Shown: positions 57,980-64,000 of the stretch, piece by piece | How positions within the stretch are numbered: the stretch's first letter is position 1 | How the letters are laid out: every line of letters begins with the position of its first letter | Assembly (NCBI GenBank): GCA_959019775.1 | Contig: CAUEPS010000004.1 | Coordinates: 43,457 to 107,456 of the forward strand | From: an uncultured Collinsella sp. | GTDB lineage: Bacteria > Actinomycetota > Coriobacteriia > Coriobacteriales > Coriobacteriaceae | Direction of reading: 5' to 3' | Length of the DNA stretch: 64,000 nt | The notes under the pieces: model-generated | Seen by the model: only the letters and a program-made list of their open reading frames with translations | What the model was told of the DNA's origin: nothing | The model's database searches: none | Position numbers and translations under genes: made by a program

Positions 57980-57985
57980 TACAAT
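57980..57985 (+). promoter_or_regulatory. -10 hexamer TACAAT placed 6 nt before the kinase ATG (leaderless-mRNA candidate)
   Basis: The sequence reads cgcgTACAATacccgtATG, with the A of the ATG at 57992. Confidence 0.4.
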
Positions 57986-57991
57986 ACCCGT

Positions 57992-59137
57992 ATGAACAGG
58001 CTTTTCGACAAATCGATCGTTCTGGCGTGCTGTATTGCGGCCGCCATGGGTCTTGCTGTGGACGCTCGCCTGGTCGCGGCGTTTTGCCTTGGCGTTATCG
58101 CCACCTCGCTGGCCGAGGTCGCACAGGAGGAACGCACGCGCCGTACAAGCGAGGCCGCGAGTTACGCTTACATCATCGCGGCTGTCTTCGTGCCGCCGTT
58201 TGTGCCGTTTGCGCCCCTCGCCCTCTATGACATCGCGCGACGCGTGCGCCGTGAGCACGTTTGGGTCGCGCTGAGCATTGGCGTCGCCTTTGTCTTTGCG
58301 CTCGTCGCGGACCTTCGCGCCGACGAGCTCACCGCCCGAACGCTCCTGCTGACCGCCATCCTCTCGGTTGCCGCCACCTTGCTATCGCTACGTACTGCCC
58401 AGTTGGAGCGCGAGCAGCAGCGCATGCGCCGCACACGCGACGAGCTGCAGGAACGAGCCCTCGCGCTCGAGGCGCGCAACCGTGATCTTGCCGACCGCCA
58501 GGACTACGAAGTCGAGCTCGCGACGCTCGCCGAACGCGCCCGCATCGCGCGCGAGATCCACGATAACGTGGGGCACCAGCTCACGCGCGCCTCACTGCAG
58601 GCCGAAGCCCTGCGCGTGGTTCACGCCGACGAGCCCGGCGTCGCCGCCGATTTCGCCGACGTCAAACGCACGGTTGACGAGGCGCTCCAGCTTGTGCGCG
58701 CCAGCGTCCACGCGCTCAACGAAAACGCCGTCGACCTTTCCGTGCAGCTCGAACGCATTGTTGAAGGCGCGCACTCGGACGGCGGTCCGCAGATTGAGCT
58801 TGAAGTTTTGGCCGAGCATGCACCCGCAAACGTCGCCAACTGTTTTGCGGCGGTCCTGCGCGAGGCGCTCTCCAACACCATGCGCCACGCTTGCGCCCAT
58901 GCTGTCACTGTACGGTGTATGGAGCATCCGTCGTTTTACCAGCTCATCGTTACCGACGATGGCGTGGGCGGGGTCCAAGCAAGCGGCCGCGGCGCCGCGG
59001 AGGGCATGGGGCTCGCTTCCATGCGCGAGCGCATCGAGGCGCTTGGCGGCACCTTCACCGCCGGTCCGCGCGCCGGCGCCGGCGGCTGGCGCGTGTTTGC
59101 CACCGTTCCCAAACAGCAAGGAGATGAGGACCGATGA
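57992..59137 (+). CDS. Membrane sensor histidine kinase, HisKA_3 type
   Basis: Starts MNRLFDKSIV, followed by TM helices. The H-box is REIHDNVGHQLTRA, and an HATPase_c segment follows (LREALSNTMRHA ... GMGLASMRER). The longer track ORF from 57830 was rejected. Confidence 0.85.
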   Translation: MNRLFDKSIVLACCIAAAMGLAVDARLVAAFCLGVIATSLAEVAQEERTRRTSEAASYAYIIAAVFVPPFVPFAPLALYDIARRVRREHVWVALSIGVAFVFALVADLRADELTARTLLLTAILSVAATLLSLRTAQLEREQQRMRRTRDELQERALALEARNRDLADRQDYEVELATLAERARIAREIHDNVGHQLTRASLQAEALRVVHADEPGVAADFADVKRTVDEALQLVRASVHALNENAVDLSVQLERIVEGAHSDGGPQIELEVLAEHAPANVANCFAAVLREALSNTMRHACAHAVTVRCMEHPSFYQLIVTDDGVGGVQASGRGAAEGMGLASMRERIEALGGTFTAGPRAGAGGWRVFATVPKQQGDEDR

Positions 59138-59763
59138 GGCTCATCGTTGTCGACGACGACCGCTTGGTGGTCGATTCGCTCAAGATTATCCTGGGCGCCC
59201 AGCCGCAAATCGAGGTGGTGGGTACTGGCGCCGACGGCAACGACGCAGTGGCTCTTTATGCCGAGCACGCACCCGATATCGCACTGCTCGACATCCAGAT
59301 GCCGGGACGCGACGGCCTTTCGGCGGCACGCGAAATCCTTGAGCGCGACCCTGCGGCGCGCGTGGTGTTTCTGACGACATTCTCGGATGACGAGTACATT
59401 GTGTCGGCGCTCAAGTTGGGCGCCCGCGGCTACCTGATTAAAACCGATGTCGCCGCCATTCCACCAGCGTTGGCGCAGGTCATGGATGGCAAACGCGTGC
59501 TCGAGGGTAAGGCGATCGAGGATATCAACTTTGATGGGGCGGGCATCGAAGGCGGCACGCCCCGCCGGCCCGCCGCCTTTGCCAGCCTAACCGACCGCGA
59601 GTTTGAAGTCGCTGAACTCATCGCCCGCGGCCTCGACAACAAGGAGATTGCCGCCACCGCCTATATGGGCGAAGGCACCGTACGCAACCACATCAGCTCG
59701 ATCCTTGCCAAAATGGGCCTGCGCAACCGCACGCAGATCGCCATCGCCTACCTGCGAGGGTAA
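59134..59763 (+). CDS. LuxR/NarL-family response regulator
   Basis: 209 aa with MRLIVVDDD.., ALLDIQMPGRDG and the LuxR HTH LTDREFEVAELIARGLDNKEIA. Its start overlaps the kinase stop (ATGA). Confidence 0.92.
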   Translation: MRLIVVDDDRLVVDSLKIILGAQPQIEVVGTGADGNDAVALYAEHAPDIALLDIQMPGRDGLSAAREILERDPAARVVFLTTFSDDEYIVSALKLGARGYLIKTDVAAIPPALAQVMDGKRVLEGKAIEDINFDGAGIEGGTPRRPAAFASLTDREFEVAELIARGLDNKEIAATAYMGEGTVRNHISSILAKMGLRNRTQIAIAYLRG

Positions 59764-59784
59764 TTTCCCAACGGCCGACCACCC

Positions 59785-60490
59785 CCGGCATAGCAAAATG
59801 GCTGTTACCGATTTAACGCCATTTCAAAACTATGCCGGTTTACTACGACGAATCGCCCGCCTTCGACCACGGTAAATTGCGCGCTTGCAAAACCGCAGGT
59901 AGAACGCTTGCAATATTTAGAAAAATGCAGTCATGGTCGGGAATGTCGAATTCATCGTAGTAAACCGACATAGTTTTGTTCGGGCGGCCCCGCACGAGTG
60001 CCTCCGCAAGCCTCACGGGACCAAAATGATCCGTTTTCTTCCGCCCGCGGAGATCGGCCGACGGCACCCGCCACGAAATCGGCCCATCTACTACGTTTGA
60101 CTCAATATCCCCGACCATAACCGCGTTTCATGAAAAACCGCAGGCGTTTTACCTGCGGTTTTTATTTCGCATTATTTGCCATGGTTGAGGGTAGCGGCTT
60201 AAACGTAGTAGATGGGCCCATTTCGTGGCAGACGGGTCACGAGGCAGCCCTCGCAAGGCCAAAATGGTCCGTTTTCCTCCGTCCACGGGAGATCAAAGGC
60301 TGTTACGGATATGGCGCCATTTCAAAACTATGCCGGATTACGGGGCTAAAGTCGGGACCCTCATCCATACCTTCATTTTTTGAAAAACAGCAGGCTATCT
60401 ACCTGCGGTTTTGTTTTTGCGATTTTCGGTATGGTCGAAGGTTCGCTATCCAGCCCCGTAAACCGGCATAGTTTTGTTAGCGGCAGCCTA
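59785..60490. repeat. ~700-bp gene-free mosaic of at least five diverged copies of 60-110-bp modules in both orientations
   Basis: CTACCTGCGGTTTTG..ATGGTCGAAGG..GTAAACCGGCATAGTTTTG at 60399-60476 recurs inverted at ~59790-59905. AAACGTAGTAGATGGGCC[C/G]ATTTCGTGG occurs at 60200-60228 and inverted at 60071-60099. CCAAAATG[A/G]TCCGTTTTC[T/C]TCCG occurs at 60021-60044 and 60259-60282. GCCATTTCAAAACTATGCCGG occurs at 59818-59838 and 60317-60337. Confidence 0.85.
60133..60163. terminator. Bidirectional terminator-like hairpin inside the mosaic (a second, weaker copy at 60387-60412)
   Basis: AAAAACCGCAGG-cgtttta-CCTGCGGTTTTT. Confidence 0.6.
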
Positions 60491-60491
60491 A

Positions 60492-60539
60492 CCGCGCGTT
60501 TAAGCGCGGGGCCGGTGGGGCATTTTTGCCCCACTGGCC
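60492..60539 (-). terminator. Tandem hairpins downstream of the hydrogenase operon
   Basis: The hairpins are CCGCGC-gtttaa-GCGCGG and GGCCGGTGGGGC-attttt-GCCCCACTGGCC, the latter with one wobble. Confidence 0.55.
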
Positions 60540-60562
60540 CCTATTCCAGCTCTATACCAACG

Positions 60563-60904
60563 CTACTCCGGCTTGGTTTCTACCGTGGGAGTCTTATCCG
60601 CCGTGACTGGAGTGCGGGCGGTGTCCATAGTCAGGCAGTGCTTGGGGCAGCTCTCGACGCACTCGCCGCACACCACGCAGGCGTACGGGTCGATCGACCA
60701 CGTTCCGCCCTTGCGATCGACCGCGAGCGCGCCCGCCGGGCAACGCCGTGCGCACATGCCGCAGCAGATGCACACGTCCATGTCATTGACGATATGCCCG
60801 CGCAAGCGCTCGGGCGCCGTCAGCTTCTCCTGCGGATAGCAAACCGTGACCGGCCGCTTGACCATAGAACCCAAGGCCGTCTTGGCAAATGTCAGCAAAC
60901 TCAT
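60563..60904 (-). CDS. Group-4 [NiFe]-hydrogenase 2x[4Fe-4S] subunit (EchF/NuoI-like)
   Basis: 113 aa with CICCGMCARRCP and CVVCGECVESCP. Confidence 0.85.
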   Translation of the reverse strand: MSLLTFAKTALGSMVKRPVTVCYPQEKLTAPERLRGHIVNDMDVCICCGMCARRCPAGALAVDRKGGTWSIDPYACVVCGECVESCPKHCLTMDTARTPVTADKTPTVETKPE

Positions 60905-60911
60905 GCCGCGC

Positions 60912-62000
60912 CTACCTTTCCGTGCAGCTAATGCAGGGGTCGATGGTCAGGATAATCATGGGCACGCTGGCAAGGAGCACGCCCTGCAGCGCATGCGTCA
61001 GACCCGCCAGGTTCTGCGACGTCGGCGTGCGAACGCGAAAACGGTCCAGGTTCTTGGTGCCGTTACCGCGCACATAGTAATACGCCTCGCCGCGCGGCTG
61101 CTCAATCACAACCTCACCGCGCGCGCCGTCGGCCGGCGTGAGCTTGGTGCGCCCGCCGATTCCGTCGTGCGGAATCTTGCCGACAAGCTCCTTGATGATG
61201 TCCATGGCCTGTGTGACCTCGGCACAACGCACCTGGCAGCGGGCATAGCAGTCGCCATCGCTAGCAACGATAGGCTCAAACGCGGCCAGATCCGCATAGG
61301 CACCGTCGCCAAACATGCGCACGTCGTAGTCCACGCCCGAGGCGCGACCGAACGGGCCGACCATCGACAGATCAAGCGCGTCCTTCTTGCTGATCACACC
61401 CACGTCATGCAGGCGCTCGCCGCAGCTGTTGTCGTCCAAAAACGTATGCACCAGGGCCTCGTAGTCGGGACGCATGGCATCGAGCGTCTGCACAATACCC
61501 GCCAGCTCAGAGTCCTCAATATCGTGCTTAAGGCCGCCAATCTCGTTAATCGAAAGGATCACTCGGCCGCCGCAAGTGCTCTCGAAGATCTTGAGAATCT
61601 GCTCGCGCAGGGTCCACGAACGATAGAACAGCGCCTCGAAGCCAAAGGCATCGGCGAGCAGGCCCAGCCACAACAGGTGCGAGTGAATGCGCGAAAGCTC
61701 GTGCAAAATGGTACGGATGTACTGCACGCGGCCGGGCACCTCGATGTCGAGCATGCGCTCGCAGGCGCTGGCATAGCCGCAGCTGTGTCCCACGGCGCAG
61801 ATGCCGCAGATGCGCTCGGCGATGTAGCCAAACTGATGCATATCGCGCTTTTCGGTGAGTTTCTCGAGCCCGCGGTGCACAAAGCCGATCTGCGGAATTG
61901 CCTCGAGAACGCGGTCGTCCTCGATCACCAGGTCCAGATGAAGCGGCTCGGGCAGCACCGGGTGCTGCGGGCCAAACGGAACAACGGAGCGATGTGCCAT
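60912..62000 (-). CDS. Group-4 [NiFe]-hydrogenase large subunit (EchE/NuoD-like)
   Basis: 362 aa with the N-terminal Ni-binding motif RICGICAVGH and the C-terminal DPCISCTER. Confidence 0.9.
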   Translation of the reverse strand: MAHRSVVPFGPQHPVLPEPLHLDLVIEDDRVLEAIPQIGFVHRGLEKLTEKRDMHQFGYIAERICGICAVGHSCGYASACERMLDIEVPGRVQYIRTILHELSRIHSHLLWLGLLADAFGFEALFYRSWTLREQILKIFESTCGGRVILSINEIGGLKHDIEDSELAGIVQTLDAMRPDYEALVHTFLDDNSCGERLHDVGVISKKDALDLSMVGPFGRASGVDYDVRMFGDGAYADLAAFEPIVASDGDCYARCQVRCAEVTQAMDIIKELVGKIPHDGIGGRTKLTPADGARGEVVIEQPRGEAYYYVRGNGTKNLDRFRVRTPTSQNLAGLTHALQGVLLASVPMIILTIDPCISCTER

Positions 62001-62005
62001 GGACC

Positions 62006-62719
62006 TTACGCCTCCTTTTTCTGCTTGTCGCGGGCGGCCTTGGCGGCAAGCGCCGCGCGGACCTTGGCCGCTTTCTCGGGATCCATGGCGGCGAGCTTTG
62101 CCTCCATCTCGGCGGCCTTGAGCGCGGCCTTCGCAGCAGCTTCATCGTGCTGAGCATCGGAGCCGGCAGCCGCATCGGGCTGAACGGCAGCGCCCGCAGC
62201 ATCGCCGGCGTCTGCGGCGCCCTCCCCCGCAGCAGCAGCGGCAGCGGCCTTCTCGGCCGCAGCCTTGCGCGCCTTGGCCTCTGCGGCGGCACGGACCTTC
62301 ATGGCTTTCTCGCGCGCGGCCTTCACCTCGGGTGTGATGACGCTCATGGGCTCGGCAGTCGAGACCTGGTAGAAAAAGCCCTTAAAGTCGATCTGCATGT
62401 CGGTGATGGCAAGCCCAAACAGATCGTGTGCCTCGTTCTCAAACGGAAACACCGCCGGATAGTACGAGCTGATGGACGGAATCTCCTGACACTGGTCGAT
62501 GCCCTCGACTACCAGGTTCTCAATCGCATAGTTACCGTCCTGAGCGATCTGCTCTTGCGCAGCGCGGACGTTGATAAACGTATAGACCAGGCGATACGTG
62601 CCGTCGTCGACGCTGCGCTCGGCGTGCATTTGCACAAAGCGCGCGCCGACGCCCTTGAGCGCCTGGACATGCAACAGGAGCTCGTCGATCCCGACGGTGG
62701 TATAGATAGCCTTTTGCAT
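62006..62719 (-). CDS. NuoC/EchD-like hydrogenase subunit with a ~110-aa Ala/Lys/Glu-rich C-terminal extension
   Basis: 237 aa. The NuoC-like core includes FPFENEAHDLFGL. The tail reads KAAREKAMKVRAAAEAKARKAAAEKAAAAAAAGEG... Confidence 0.75.
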   Translation of the reverse strand: MQKAIYTTVGIDELLLHVQALKGVGARFVQMHAERSVDDGTYRLVYTFINVRAAQEQIAQDGNYAIENLVVEGIDQCQEIPSISSYYPAVFPFENEAHDLFGLAITDMQIDFKGFFYQVSTAEPMSVITPEVKAAREKAMKVRAAAEAKARKAAAEKAAAAAAAGEGAADAGDAAGAAVQPDAAAGSDAQHDEAAAKAALKAAEMEAKLAAMDPEKAAKVRAALAAKAARDKQKKEA

Positions 62720-63348
62720 TACTCGGCCTCCTTTGCAGCGGCGGGCGTCTCAGCAGGTGCGTCACCAGCGGCGGGTGCGGCGGACCTGGTGGACACGTTG
62801 GCCTCGACGCCGTCACCGGCACCGCCAGCCCCGGCCCCCGCAGCCACAAACCCGTCCTCGCCCAGCTCAACGCCACCGTCCCAGGTAGCGGCGCCGCCCA
62901 CGGTGAGCGGATCGCCGCCGGCGCGCATCACGGCCTCCTTCTGGTCCAGGATGCCGCACGCCTCCACGATGGCATCGATCACGGTCTCGGGACGAATGGC
63001 GCACCCGGGCGCGTACACGTCCACGGGAATCGCGCGGTCCACGCCGCCGATCACGTTATACGCATCGCGGAACACGCCGCCCGAGCACGCGCAAATGCCG
63101 CACGCCACCACGCACTTGGGCTCGAGCATCTGGTTGTAGATCTGGCGCACGACGGGCAGGTTCTGGGCATTGACCGAACCCGTCACCAAAAAGATATCCG
63201 CATGCTTGGGGTTTCCGGTGTTGACCACGCCAAAGCGCTCCGCATCGAACAGCGGCGTGAGCGAGGCCAGCACCTCGATATCGCATCCATTGCAGCTCGA
63301 GCCGTCGTAATGAATAACCCACGGCGAGCGCGACATTTTATGATCCAT
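62719..63348 (-). CDS. Group-4 [NiFe]-hydrogenase small subunit (EchC/NuoB-like) with a Gly/Ala-rich C-terminal extension
   Basis: 209 aa with the cluster cysteines CNGCDIE, GICACSGG and PGCAIRPE, and a ~70-aa low-complexity tail. Confidence 0.85.
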   Translation of the reverse strand: MDHKMSRSPWVIHYDGSSCNGCDIEVLASLTPLFDAERFGVVNTGNPKHADIFLVTGSVNAQNLPVVRQIYNQMLEPKCVVACGICACSGGVFRDAYNVIGGVDRAIPVDVYAPGCAIRPETVIDAIVEACGILDQKEAVMRAGGDPLTVGGAATWDGGVELGEDGFVAAGAGAGGAGDGVEANVSTRSAAPAAGDAPAETPAAAKEAE

Positions 63349-63360
63349 GGATGCCGCCTC

Positions 63361-64000
63361 CTAAATAAACACGTCGACGAGGATGGGCATAAGGTTGAGC
63401 AGGCCAAACACCAGCGCCACGCCCCAGCCGAGCTTAAAGCAGCTGCGCCAGGTGCTGCGTGCGAAGGTGTTGTCGATCAGCACCTCGATAAAGTACGTCG
63501 CGGCCATCACGACCAGGGCGACCACCCAGCTCACCGGGTTGTCCCAAACAAAGAACATGCCCACCCACATCAAAAACAGCACGGTCTCGCACCAGTGCAT
63601 AAGGGTCATCTTGGCCAGCGTGCCGCCGCTCATCTCGGTGGCGACGCCCTGGACAATCTCCTGATGCGCGTGATGCGAGTACGAAAGGTCAAACGGCGAC
63701 TTGCGCAACTTGATGGTAAGCACCGCGAGCAGCGCGAGGAAAATGGGCGCGCTGTACACGATGATGGGGGCCGACTGCCCCGTCACGGCGATGGAATCAA
63801 AGCTATCGGTGGCAAGGTACAGGCCCACGCTCATCAGCAGAACGGCGGGCTCGTAACTCATGACCTGCAACAGCTCGCGGTCGGCGCCGACCTGGGCAAA
63901 CGGGCTTTGCGTCGAGGCAGACGCCAACACCACAAAGATCGCGGCGAGCGTAACCATAAAGGCGCACAACAGCGTGTTGGAGCCCGACACAAAGATGCCG
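63361..64000 (-). CDS. Hydrogenase membrane subunit (EchB/NuoH/HycD-like), 3' part; the gene continues past the window end
   Basis: Polytopic, with the ...RKSPFDLSYSHHAHQEIVQGVATEMSG motif typical of the NuoH/HycD family. The reading frame is open to position 64000. Confidence 0.8.
   Translation of the reverse strand, partial: GIFVSGSNTLLCAFMVTLAAIFVVLASASTQSPFAQVGADRELLQVMSYEPAVLLMSVGLYLATDSFDSIAVTGQSAPIIVYSAPIFLALLAVLTIKLRKSPFDLSYSHHAHQEIVQGVATEMSGGTLAKMTLMHWCETVLFLMWVGMFFVWDNPVSWVVALVVMAATYFIEVLIDNTFARSTWRSCFKLGWGVALVFGLLNLMPILVDVFI

Noticed and set aside
60430-60450. A tRNA-like T-arm string, GGTCGAAGGTTCGCTATCC.
   Set aside because: No acceptor, D or anticodon arms can be drawn around it. 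It is part of the repeated ATGGTCGAAGG module.
59843-60471. ORFs 59843..60118(-) and 60130..60471(+), which both contain NVVDGPISW.
   Set aside because: The shared peptide is simply the inverted DNA repeat AAACGTAGTAGATGGGCC.ATTTCGTGG read in frame. Neither ORF has an RBS, both cross terminator-like hairpins, and the region is a repeat mosaic.

Overview
64 kb of high-GC chromosome. Gene content (PTS sugar systems, Ech-type [NiFe] hydrogenase, NRAMP-related transporter, LuxR/HisKA_3 two-component systems) suggests an anaerobic Actinomycetota/Coriobacteriia-like gut organism; that taxonomy is inference only. About 53 real genes can be supported. Most long ORFs antisense to them are high-GC shadow ORFs. 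In order, the window holds: a truncated PTS EIIB(C) gene; an esterase and a DUF1593 protein; a four-gene zinc-ribbon/SPFH (YdjG/YdjI-like) envelope module; a sensor-like 7TM gene split by one in-frame TGA, followed by a histidine kinase and response regulator; a GH1 phospho-beta-glucosidase; a lone low-GC P-loop ATPase bracketed by a duplicated 42-nt terminator hairpin; and a long minus-strand sugar cluster (DUF4867, luxS, FGGY kinase, split transketolase, fucose-isomerase-like, PTS IIA/IIB/IIC, GH140-like, alpha/beta hydrolase). It continues with two LacI regulators; a licT-bglP-bglH-type operon with RAT elements; nucleoside hydrolase and ribokinase; an OatA-like acyltransferase; an NRAMP-related transporter with an MgtE_N/CBS partner; and a deacetylase/PRC/YtxH/CorC group. 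The last part holds hemolysin III, hydrolase and DUF362 genes; a MacB-like and an ABC-2 transporter with their own two-component system; and the 3' part of an Ech-like hydrogenase operon. No rRNA, tRNA, CRISPR array, transposase or integrase gene was seen. The most unusual signals are non-coding. They are a dispersed family of GTCCCC..ATGA..TAAG hairpin repeats at five or more intergenic loci (two copies bracket an ABC cassette), an IR-bounded AT-rich module carrying a dif-like 11-6-11 site, a ~700-bp mosaic of inverted and direct repeat modules between the response regulator and the hydrogenase operon, and a four-segment alternative-hairpin leader in front of luxS. All coordinates were checked by hand against the ORF track. 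All family assignments come from motif recognition, not database searches.
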